Part shown: one piece after another, positions 10,706-18,789 of the stretch
Numbering within the stretch: position 1 is the stretch's first letter
How the letters are laid out: each line of letters opens with the position of its first letter
NCBI GenBank assembly: GCA_965216645.1
Contig: CBDCGJ010000026.1
Coordinates: forward strand, 91,540-155,539
DNA from: Alphaproteobacteria bacterium
GTDB lineage: Bacteria; Pseudomonadota; Alphaproteobacteria; GCA-2731375
DNA: 64,000 nt
Reading direction: 5' to 3'
Notes under the pieces: model-generated
What the model was told of the DNA's origin: nothing
Database searches by the model: none
The model's input: only the letters and a program-made list of their open reading frames with translations
Translations under genes and position numbers: made by a program

Positions 10706-11301
10706 ACGCGAGCTTTCTTTTCGGGTCGTTGGACGATCCAGATCGGCAAGCTCGGATGTGGGCAAACCTCGACGCAGATCCCGCAACCGACGCAACCTTC
10801 CTTCACTGCCGGTCGATATTGATTCCACATTGTAAACGCGATCGCCCTCTCCCCTAACGGGCAAGCTACCGCGCAAGCGCCGCAAATACCCCGGTCGACC
10901 CATGGATAGCAGGCTCGCTGATCGATGAAGGCGATGCCCATGTCGACCTTCCGTATCGGTGTCGGCTCAAGCGCGCCCGTGGGACAGACTTCCATGCATT
11001 TTCCGCAAAGCGTACAGGCGGCTTCGGTCGGGTCGATATAGGGCGTGTTATGGCCGGTCCCGCCGTCGCGGCGATGAAACTTAATGCAACGCGGCGGACA
11101 GACGATGGCACAAAGGTCGCACGAGATGCAGGCCTCGATGAATGCATCGTCGTTGGCGAGAGCGCCAGGCGGACGCATATAGTTGCGCTCCGGCCGCGCC
11201 CGCGCCGGGGCCGAGAGTTGCACTAAACCGAAAGGTAAGGCGCACGCCAAGCAGGCCACCGCACCGGCGGCTGCGTATTTGCCAACCTCCCGACGGTTCA
11301 T
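10702..11301 (-). CDS. NapG/MauM-family periplasmic-type 4x[4Fe-4S] ferredoxin, second copy
   Basis: Shows RPPGAL..FIEACISCDLCAIVCP, CTLCGKCMEVCP, CGACAVACP and CVGCGICVEVCP. The N-terminus is a degenerate Tat-like motif (NRREVGKY). Start overlaps the NapH-like stop (ATGA). Confidence 0.8.
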   Translation of the reverse strand: MNRREVGKYAAAGAVACLACALPFGLVQLSAPARARPERNYMRPPGALANDDAFIEACISCDLCAIVCPPRCIKFHRRDGGTGHNTPYIDPTEAACTLCGKCMEVCPTGALEPTPIRKVDMGIAFIDQRACYPWVDRGICGACAVACPLGERAIAFTMWNQYRPAVKEGCVGCGICVEVCPHPSLPIWIVQRPEKKARV

Positions 11302-12311
11302 GATGTCGCTCCGTCAACCGCTTCGGGCCTATCAACGCGGTTCTTTTGATAAGCGCGTCCTCGATGCCCAGGTCCCTGCGGCGATAAGTCCGAAATCCGA
11401 AGCGAAAATGTCATCGCATCGACCGGGCAAATCGCCATGCAGGCTGTGCAATTGTTGCATTCCTGCCCAAACCCGTCGCGCATGGGGTCGAGCCCGAATT
11501 CGCAGATGGCATTGCATTTATTGCAGTCGTTGCAGTTTTCGACGATACGCTGGATGCGAAGTATCCGGTACCGTCCCAACAGGACATAAAGCGCGCCGCC
11601 GGGGCACAAATATCGGCAAAAACCGCGCCGTGCGACCAACAAATCGAACAACAAGGTAACGAAGAACAATACCATACCGATACCGAAACCTTGTAGAGCG
11701 ATGGCGTAAAACAGTTCTCGCCCAATGATCGCGGGCGGATAAACTCCTGCAACTAAAACCGACCCCGACAAGGCCGACAATAGTAGTCCAATGATTAGGA
11801 CGAGGTATTTCAGCCGTCGGTCGAAAAAACGATGACCGCTGCGGATTCCAACGAACCGTAGCCACGCAGCGACGTTTGAGTTCAGCTCATAGATCAAGGT
11901 GGCGGGACAAATCCAGCCACAGAAAAAACGCCCGAATAGAATAGTCAGCAAAACGGGGATAGCCGCTGTCAGGATGAAGGGCCAGTTCAAACTCATAGAC
12001 GCGGCCGCTTGACCGACCACCGCGAGCGGGTCCGATAGCTGTAGCCCCCAAAACGTGCCGGACCAAGTATTGCCTTTGATCGCGTCCAGGCCATCTGCCG
12101 GATCCTCGACAAACCGGCCGGTCAGCGCCTCGACGATGTCATAGATCCGCTTCTCACTTGGCGCCAGCAGGTCATAGGCATGGGCGGAGACAAAAGTTTG
12201 ATAGACATAGAGATAGGGCAACGCAATCAACATGGCGAAGACCAGACAGAGACTGACCCAACGCAGTTTGTTGAGATGCCGCCACAGGAAGAAGGGTTTG
12301 CGCGCGCTCAT
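11298..12311 (-). CDS. NapH/MauN-family membrane quinol-dehydrogenase subunit
   Basis: Has four or more TM helices, CGWICP and CRYLCPGG motifs, and C-terminal CNDCNKCNAIC and CNNCTACMAICP motifs. Confidence 0.85.
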   Translation of the reverse strand: MSARKPFFLWRHLNKLRWVSLCLVFAMLIALPYLYVYQTFVSAHAYDLLAPSEKRIYDIVEALTGRFVEDPADGLDAIKGNTWSGTFWGLQLSDPLAVVGQAAASMSLNWPFILTAAIPVLLTILFGRFFCGWICPATLIYELNSNVAAWLRFVGIRSGHRFFDRRLKYLVLIIGLLLSALSGSVLVAGVYPPAIIGRELFYAIALQGFGIGMVLFFVTLLFDLLVARRGFCRYLCPGGALYVLLGRYRILRIQRIVENCNDCNKCNAICEFGLDPMRDGFGQECNNCTACMAICPVDAMTFSLRISDLSPQGPGHRGRAYQKNRVDRPEAVDGATS

Positions 12312-12317
12312 GTCAAG

Positions 12318-12881
12318 CTATCCATGGCTCGGTTGTATCCTGATGGCTTGCGGCAATTGGATGCAGCTCCGTTCGCAAAGGCCGCAACCGACACAGTTTT
12401 CGAGCACATGCGGCTGTTCCAGGCGGCCCACACGGATTGCCACGTCCGGCAGCGGACATGCCCGATAACAGACGCCGCAGGTTTTGCCCTGGTAGGACAG
12501 GCAAAGTTGTTCATTGACCACCGCCCGGCCCATACGAACTTCGCCCAGAATGCTATCGATTTTGCGGGAGATCTCTCGGATCGCACCCGTCGGGCAAACC
12601 TCGCCGCATTTCATACACAGCACACAGGCTTTCTCGCGGGCGATGATGTAAGGCGTGTTGAGCGAGGCATGCCCGTTTTCCAACTCGAAGAAATTGATAC
12701 ATCGATTTGGGCAAATTTCGCCGCACTGCCCGCAATGTATGCAGGTTGCGACGAAGCTCTCTTCGGGCAAAGCGCCAGGAGGCCTCAAATATCGCAGCGA
12801 CGGCCGACCGCGTGCGGCTCGCACAGCGGTCGGTGTTACCGCGGCGGCAAATAGGGAAAACAGGAAACTTCGGCGGTCCAT
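12318..12881 (-). CDS. NapG/MauM-family Tat-signal 4x[4Fe-4S] ferredoxin
   Basis: Has a DRRSFL Tat motif, then LRPPGALPEESFVATCIHCGQCGEICP, CVLCMKCGEVCP, CGVCYRACP and CVGCGLCERSC. An AGGAA SD lies 6 nt upstream. Confidence 0.85.
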   Translation of the reverse strand: MDRRSFLFSLFAAAVTPTAVRAARGRPSLRYLRPPGALPEESFVATCIHCGQCGEICPNRCINFFELENGHASLNTPYIIAREKACVLCMKCGEVCPTGAIREISRKIDSILGEVRMGRAVVNEQLCLSYQGKTCGVCYRACPLPDVAIRVGRLEQPHVLENCVGCGLCERSCIQLPQAIRIQPSHG

Positions 12882-12936
12882 CGCTTATTCCTATCGTCCA
12901 GGAGCGGTCCGAGCACCGCTCGGTTGACTACGGCGT

Positions 12937-15645
12937 CTAGATTTTTTCGATCCTCGCGGCGCTCTTCTTGAAATCGACTTGGCCGGACACGGGGTCCCAA
13001 ATACGGCTCGTGGTGCCGTTGGCCAACCACTTGTTCTTCTTCGGATCCGCGCTGTCCGCCACCGATAAATTCCAGGGACCGAACATATAACCCCGTGGAA
13101 CGTTATTGCGGGCCGGCTTGACGAGCGAGTTCGTGCCCACCTGGGCGCGCGCTTCCAAGGAGCCGCGGCGGGTATGCACGCGCACCTTGTCGCCATCCTC
13201 GATCCCCAGATCCTTTGCGTCATCCGGGTGCATTTCGACATACATTTCTGGCACGAGACGGCGCGTCGTCGGGCTGCGGTTCGACTTCGCGGTGTGGAAA
13301 TGTTCGTAAACCACCCCGAGACCGAACCAATAGGGATACTTGTCCTCCGGCACCTCATTCCAAAGCTTGCCCCGGAAATCCTCGTCCGGCATATCCGGCG
13401 TCAAGGCATTGTCGCGGGCGGCATGTATCAGGTCCAAGTGATCGATGGTGTAGAGCCCCTCTTCGGCGCCAAACCGCATCAGCTCTTTGGTCAACTCGGC
13501 CCGCTTCGAGTAATCCTGCTTGCAGAGTTTCATGTGAACCTTGCCGTCCTTGGTGCGGAAGTAACCGTATGGACGGTTCTCCCAAGCGCCTTCTTGAGAC
13601 ATGTACCGCCGTTTGGACCCACCATTTTGGGCGATCTCATAAGTCGGCGCGGGCCACTGGATGCCGCGTAGGTCGGCCAATTGTTCGTAAAGACCGACCT
13701 CGTCTAGTTTTTCGACCTCAAGCATGCCGGTCAGATCGGTATCGGTGCCGGCAGAAGCCTTGACCACGTCACGGAATATCTCCTCGGAATCGTAGAAGCC
13801 GTCGTCCTTACGTTCGTATGGCAGCGCCTTTTTCATATCGAGGCCAAGCAGTTCGCCGATCTCCTTCGCTTTGTCGATCACCATGTCCATGTCGGGCAAG
13901 CATCCCTTTGGCGGCTCGGCTGCCTTTTGGCAGATGTTCAATCTGCGTTCCGACGAAATGTACACCCCTTCGACCTCACCCCAAGTGGCGGCCGGGAAGA
14001 TAACGTCGGCATATAGATTGTTTGGCGCGTGCCGATAAATCTCCTGCACGACATTGAACGTTTTGGCGATCGCCGGCCGCACCAGATTGTACTGATCCGG
14101 TAAGTCGATATGAGTGGCATAGACAAAGAAGAAAGCTTTGACGTCTCCTTTCAACGCCCGTTCCATCATGCCGACCGCAAATCCCGGGTTCTTCGAATTC
14201 ATGGCGTTGACGAGGTTCTGTTCGGGCACGCCCCATTGCTTCGCCATATGCTTGCGATGACTATCGTTGCTGAGCGGTTGATTGAAGGGGAGCCGTCCGG
14301 TCAATCCACCGGTAAAGCGTTCGCCCATGGCGTTCGGCTGACCGGTCATGGAAAACGGTCCACAGCCGGGCTTCGCCAGATTGCCCGTCAAGGTCAGCAA
14401 ATTGATTATCGAGATGACGTTGTATTGGCCGTGGATATGCTGGTTGTAGCCGATACCCCACATAATGATAACGCCGCCATAACCGCCTTTTTGCGTCCCT
14501 TTGGCGCGTGCCAAACGCTTGCGGGTGGCGTCGGCGAACATTTGCGCGACTTGGCGAATTTTCTCGACGGAGACATCGTGGTTGGGGCCGCCCATACGGT
14601 CCTGTACCTGCTCCGGGCCGTAATTCGCCATCACGCCATCAACATATTCCTTCCAGCCGGTGGCATGGGATTTCACAAATTCCCAGTCAATGACGTCGTC
14701 ATGCTCCTTCAGGAGCACGTGAGCGATAGCATTGAGAAAGCTGATATCGCCATTCAAGATTGGGATGTGAACGGTGTTTTTTGGGTTGATGTCCTCATAC
14801 CCCATGACCGTTCCCGTGCGGCGTGGATCGACGACGACGGTGGGAATGTCTTTCTTCTTTTTGTGATCCGCGGCGCGCCAAAAGATGATCGGGTGAGCCT
14901 CGCGTGGATTGTGACCGAAATGCATGATCATGTCGCACATTTCGATATCCTCGTAGGCCAGCGGCGGCGTATCCGAGCCGAGGGTCGCGAAATAGCCTGT
15001 GACCGCTGAGGTCATGCACATCCGCGCGTTCGCCTCGATGGTATTCGACCCCAGCACGCCTTTCATAAACAGGTTCTCTAGATACTGCCCCTCCATCGTG
15101 AGTTGGCCGGAACCGTAAAGCCCGATGGAATTGCCGCCATAGGTCTTGGCGAGATGGGCGATCTTATGGGCGACCATGTCGGACGCTTCCTTGTAAGGAA
15201 CCCTCAAGAAGTGTTCCTCGTCAAACGAGCCCTTGGTTTTCGACACGAACTCCAAATCGCCGTGATCCGGCTTCTGCCATTCGGCCCATACGTCCTTGCG
15301 GACATAGGTGTCGCCTTCCATGCGGTCGACATACATCGGCTCCGCCGCGGTCAAGCCCTTGATGCATTGCAGGCCATAATTCGTCGGATGGTCCTTGTCC
15401 GGACGCATGGAGACGATCTTGCCGTTTTCGGCCTGTATGATCGTGCCGCATCCGACCCCGCAATAGGGACATTGAGCCAATGCGGTTGTCCGATTTTCCT
15501 CACGCGCTTGCGCTTCGGCCTTTCCGACGATCTCAAGCTCGGGATTTTGTCCGCTCATAAGGCTGGCACCAGCGGCCGCACTACCAACGAAGGCGCTCGT
15601 CTTCAAAAAGTTGCGGCGGGAAAGCTTGTTCTTAATCCGTTTCAT
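12937..15645 (-). CDS. Tat-exported bis-MGD molybdoenzyme of the Nap/Nas/Fdh clade (NapA-like catalytic subunit; substrate unproven)
   Basis: 902 aa. Shows an SRRNFLK twin-arginine motif, a CPYCGVGCG-x27-C FeS motif followed by IKG, NARMCMTSAV (Cys-ligand context as I recall it for NapA), GCGPFSMTGQPNA, and a C-terminal DPVSGQVDFKKSAARIEKI. Confidence 0.88.
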   Translation of the reverse strand: MKRIKNKLSRRNFLKTSAFVGSAAAGASLMSGQNPELEIVGKAEAQAREENRTTALAQCPYCGVGCGTIIQAENGKIVSMRPDKDHPTNYGLQCIKGLTAAEPMYVDRMEGDTYVRKDVWAEWQKPDHGDLEFVSKTKGSFDEEHFLRVPYKEASDMVAHKIAHLAKTYGGNSIGLYGSGQLTMEGQYLENLFMKGVLGSNTIEANARMCMTSAVTGYFATLGSDTPPLAYEDIEMCDMIMHFGHNPREAHPIIFWRAADHKKKKDIPTVVVDPRRTGTVMGYEDINPKNTVHIPILNGDISFLNAIAHVLLKEHDDVIDWEFVKSHATGWKEYVDGVMANYGPEQVQDRMGGPNHDVSVEKIRQVAQMFADATRKRLARAKGTQKGGYGGVIIMWGIGYNQHIHGQYNVISIINLLTLTGNLAKPGCGPFSMTGQPNAMGERFTGGLTGRLPFNQPLSNDSHRKHMAKQWGVPEQNLVNAMNSKNPGFAVGMMERALKGDVKAFFFVYATHIDLPDQYNLVRPAIAKTFNVVQEIYRHAPNNLYADVIFPAATWGEVEGVYISSERRLNICQKAAEPPKGCLPDMDMVIDKAKEIGELLGLDMKKALPYERKDDGFYDSEEIFRDVVKASAGTDTDLTGMLEVEKLDEVGLYEQLADLRGIQWPAPTYEIAQNGGSKRRYMSQEGAWENRPYGYFRTKDGKVHMKLCKQDYSKRAELTKELMRFGAEEGLYTIDHLDLIHAARDNALTPDMPDEDFRGKLWNEVPEDKYPYWFGLGVVYEHFHTAKSNRSPTTRRLVPEMYVEMHPDDAKDLGIEDGDKVRVHTRRGSLEARAQVGTNSLVKPARNNVPRGYMFGPWNLSVADSADPKKNKWLANGTTSRIWDPVSGQVDFKKSAARIEKI

Positions 15646-15660
15646 GATATCGACCCCGAT

Positions 15661-16314
15661 CTAATTTTTCGCCAGGCTTCGTAGATAGACGATGATGTCG
15701 TCGATCTCTTGATCCGACAGATTGGCTAACCCTCCTGGCCCCTGGAACGGCAACATTCGCGTATTTGATCGACCTTGCTTAATGGTGACGCGGATGAAGC
15801 CATCCGAGACACTGTTAAGAAATCCAGGTAGACCGATAGCGGTTCCCGTACCCCCAGCCTCATAACCGTCGCCGTCCAAGCCATGGCAGGTGGAACAAAT
15901 ATTGTCGTACCAGAGCTTGCCGAGCCGCGGATCGCCCTGCGCGGTTGGCTGTGCGTCGATTTCCTTGGAAATGTTCTTAACATCCGTATGCGCCCGCAGA
16001 TACGTGACGATGTCACGAACGTTTTTGCGGCCTAAATGCGCAAAGGGAGGCATACCGGTATCCTCACGGCCATCTCGAATTGTCGACATGAAAAACTTGT
16101 CCGACGCGACAGAGAGTAATTCGGGATTTGTCAGCGATGGCGCGATACCCGGTTTCCCAATCGCGTCCGCCTGGTGACACATGGCGCAATTTTCAACGAA
16201 TTGCGCCTCGCCATTCTTCACTTCGGCCGGACCGGCCTTTTGCGCATCGGCGGCATTAGTAGCGCTCATGAGCGTGAATGTAATCAATCCAACAAACAAA
16301 ATATTTTTTCCCAC
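15661..16314 (-). CDS. Dihaem class I c-type cytochrome (c4/CcoP-like), secreted
   Basis: Two CxxCH sites (CAMCH, CSTCH), each followed by a distal MPPF/MLPF Met. GTG 16314 has an AAGGAGGG SD 8 nt upstream and yields a cleaner signal peptide than the TTG at 16332. Confidence 0.85.
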   Translation of the reverse strand: MGKNILFVGLITFTLMSATNAADAQKAGPAEVKNGEAQFVENCAMCHQADAIGKPGIAPSLTNPELLSVASDKFFMSTIRDGREDTGMPPFAHLGRKNVRDIVTYLRAHTDVKNISKEIDAQPTAQGDPRLGKLWYDNICSTCHGLDGDGYEAGGTGTAIGLPGFLNSVSDGFIRVTIKQGRSNTRMLPFQGPGGLANLSDQEIDDIIVYLRSLAKN

Positions 16315-16338
16315 CAGTTCACCCTCCTTCAATGCGGT

Positions 16339-17037
16339 TCAGTCACGCCGCGGTTCGTCACCCCAATCACCGTCGTCAGCCGTCGCCATGCCCTTGTGGC
16401 ATTGTTTGCACTTGATTTTTTCGTTTTCGATACGCTCGTGCAGATCGTCCATCAAAGCGTTCGGGTCGTAGTCGGACGGAAGCGAATGCGCGATCCCTTT
16501 GTGGCAATCGATGCAGGTTTGGCCCCAGTCGGCGCCAAGTCGATGGAACAGACCGGCCGAGGATTTTTGCGATTGCAGGTTCATGAACGTCTCGCCATGA
16601 CAATTGCGGCATTCGCGGGAATTCGTAAGCTTCATCACAGCCCAAACATGCTTGGCCAGCGCAGGCCGGCGTGCTTCGAACTTCTCCGGCGTGTCGATCG
16701 TACCGACAGCCCAATGATAAAGTTCGTTCGTCGCCTTAACTTTGCGGATCACTTTATGCACCCATTCCTTCGGAACATGACAATCCGGGCAGGTCGCCCG
16801 CACACCGGTGCGGTTGGTGTAGTGAATGGTTTTTTTGTATTCCGCGTAAACGTTGACCTCCATCACGTGACATGAAACGCAGAATCGCTCGGTATTCGTA
16901 AGCTCCAAACTCCAATTAAACCCGCCCCAAGCAATCACGCCGCCCAAAAAGACGAAGAGGAGCGACGTGATGGGAAAACTGACGACCGCGCTGCTTATCC
17001 AGCGAAGGCAAGATCGCAGTCGCACCACCCATTTCAA
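16339..17037 (-). CDS. NapC/NirT-family membrane-anchored multihaem cytochrome with five CxxCH sites
   Basis: N-terminal TM helix. Haem sites CVSCH, CPDCH, CRNCH and CIDCH, plus an extra C-terminal CKQCH. TTG start with an AAGGAGGGG SD. Confidence 0.85.
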   Translation of the reverse strand: MKWVVRLRSCLRWISSAVVSFPITSLLFVFLGGVIAWGGFNWSLELTNTERFCVSCHVMEVNVYAEYKKTIHYTNRTGVRATCPDCHVPKEWVHKVIRKVKATNELYHWAVGTIDTPEKFEARRPALAKHVWAVMKLTNSRECRNCHGETFMNLQSQKSSAGLFHRLGADWGQTCIDCHKGIAHSLPSDYDPNALMDDLHERIENEKIKCKQCHKGMATADDGDWGDEPRRD

Positions 17038-17129
17038 CCATCCCCTCCTTAACTATTGCACCGCGGTAAATTCGAGCCCGCATCTTCCAATGAATAAAAT
17101 GAGCTTAGCGGCCCCAGGTCGACGGCAAG

Positions 17130-17143
17130 TTGATCTCGGTCAA
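17130..17143. promoter_or_regulatory. FNR/FixK-type anaerobox (TTGA-N6-TCAA)
   Basis: TTGATCTCGGTCAA is a perfect TTGA-N6-TCAA and misses the TTGAT-N4-ATCAA form by one base. It is centred about 100 nt upstream of the NapC-like start, in the only sizeable gap upstream of the operon. Confidence 0.5.
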
Positions 17144-17215
17144 TTTTGAGAAAGGAAGTTCAATTCTTCTGCCGCGCCAGGTGTCACGGCGGCAATTGCA
17201 TTGGCAACGGAAATC

Positions 17216-17788
17216 TTAAATCGTTACCCACCCCTCCGGCGGTGATCCTTTGCCCGGATGAAGAGCGCCGCAATTCGGGCAAGTACGGGCGGCCTCGTCG
17301 GCATGAAAGGCGTCGAAGAAATCGGGAAGTTGGCTCACAATACCGTCGGCCGACGTCAATGCGCCTTCGGCTCGATGGACGAGCGCTTCACAGTCGAAAC
17401 AATACCATTCGAAGGCCTCTTTCATGCCGAACATACGAGGGCTCTCGACAACAAGCCCGATCGAGCCCACTTCGGGACGTTGCGGCGCATGGCGCACATG
17501 CGGCGGCAAGAAAAACACCTCGCCCTGCCGGATCGGAACATCATAGATTTTCCCGCGATCCGCGATCTTCAAAATCATGTTGCCGCGGTACTGATAGAAC
17601 CATTCCTCGACCGGATCGTCATGAAAATCGACGCGCGTATTGGGGCCGCCGACAACCATGACAATCATACCTGTATCCTCGTGCAACATTTTATTGCCGA
17701 CAGGCGGTTTCAGGAGATGCTGGTTTTCACTGATCCAGTTTTCGAAGTTGAAGGCGCGGAATGTTGGGTGCAATTGGTAACCGCTCAT
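17216..17788 (-). CDS. nbaC: 3-hydroxyanthranilate 3,4-dioxygenase
   Basis: Cupin core (...VDFHDDPVEEWFYQYRGNMILKI...FFLPPHVRHAPQRP...) plus a C-terminal rubredoxin-like CFDC...CPNC site. ATG 17788 overlaps the upstream stop (ATGA). Confidence 0.9.
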   Translation of the reverse strand: MSGYQLHPTFRAFNFENWISENQHLLKPPVGNKMLHEDTGMIVMVVGGPNTRVDFHDDPVEEWFYQYRGNMILKIADRGKIYDVPIRQGEVFFLPPHVRHAPQRPEVGSIGLVVESPRMFGMKEAFEWYCFDCEALVHRAEGALTSADGIVSQLPDFFDAFHADEAARTCPNCGALHPGKGSPPEGWVTI

Positions 17789-18726
17789 GTCGATGCTCCT
17801 CCGACGGCCGCCGCGGTAGCCTGGCCCAACCCGCAGCGTTCGAACGCCTCCCGGGTTAGCCGTTTTTCTTCGTCGGTTAGATTCAACATAGGACGCCGCA
17901 CAGGTCCTCCGACCTGCCCAAGTAGTTCCTGCCAATATTTTTTGTGTGCCTGCGGCTTTGCTGCGGGACGGCTGTCCTTCAGCGCTTGGCGCACCGGCTG
18001 CAAGCTTTGCCAAACCCATCTTGCTTTGGCGTGGTCGCCCTTGAAGGCCAAATCGGTATATTCACGCATCCGCAGGTCGCGCTCCGTCTGGATGAGGTAA
18101 GGCGGTGAGGAACAAAGATAAAGCCGCCAATCCAACTCGATAACATTGTCGAGCCATTCTTCTTCGGAGGCCGTACTGACTAACAGTTTGTCGCCGGCAA
18201 GATCCGTCAACGCCGCATACATGTCCCGAGGCACGCTATATTTGATAGCCACAATATTCGGCAGATCAGCGATCCGCGAGACCAGTTCGGGGCTCATCAA
18301 ATAACCGCTGTCCGGATGGCTCCACAAGGCGATTCCGATATCTAGCTGCTCGCAAAGATAGGCATAATAGCGATACAACAAATCGTCACGATCGTTCACG
18401 AAATGCAGGACTGGCGCATGGATCACGATGTAGTCCGCGCCGACATTTTGGGCGTGGTAGGCCAGCTCCAGCACCGTGTCCATGTTCTGATCCGAACAGG
18501 ACATTATGGTGGCCCCTTTTTGCCCGGCCGCTTCGACAGCGATTTCAAAGCAGCGTTTACGTTCTTCGATCGATAAGGAGAAATACTCGCCCTGCTTGCC
18601 GGCAATGAAGACCCCATCGATCTCGAGACTCTCGACCCAGTATCGGATATTGTCCCTGAAACCCTCGTCGTTCAGCGACAGATCTTCATGAAAGGGCGTT
18701 AGCGCGGCCGCCCATATTCCGCGCAT
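17785..18726 (-). CDS. Dihydrodipicolinate synthase/N-acetylneuraminate lyase (DapA) family class I aldolase
   Basis: 313 aa. The N-terminus (GIWAAALTPFHEDLSLNDEGFRDNIRYWVE..GVFIAGKQGEYFSLSIEER) is typical of the DapA family. Substrate unknown. Confidence 0.8.
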   Translation of the reverse strand: MRGIWAAALTPFHEDLSLNDEGFRDNIRYWVESLEIDGVFIAGKQGEYFSLSIEERKRCFEIAVEAAGQKGATIMSCSDQNMDTVLELAYHAQNVGADYIVIHAPVLHFVNDRDDLLYRYYAYLCEQLDIGIALWSHPDSGYLMSPELVSRIADLPNIVAIKYSVPRDMYAALTDLAGDKLLVSTASEEEWLDNVIELDWRLYLCSSPPYLIQTERDLRMREYTDLAFKGDHAKARWVWQSLQPVRQALKDSRPAAKPQAHKKYWQELLGQVGGPVRRPMLNLTDEEKRLTREAFERCGLGQATAAAVGGAST

Positions 18727-18789
18727 ATGAGCGCGGGCATAGTCCTTGGCCTCATGTTTTTGGTATTTCGGTGCGATCGGTTTTTCCCA

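Noticed and set aside
10706-10903. N-terminal extension of the FixH-like ORF (the track gives 10106-10903).
   Set aside because: The extension overlaps the 3' end of the NapG-like gene by 200 nt and is Arg-rich. The internal ATG 10705 gives a clean signal peptide and a standard ATGA overlap.
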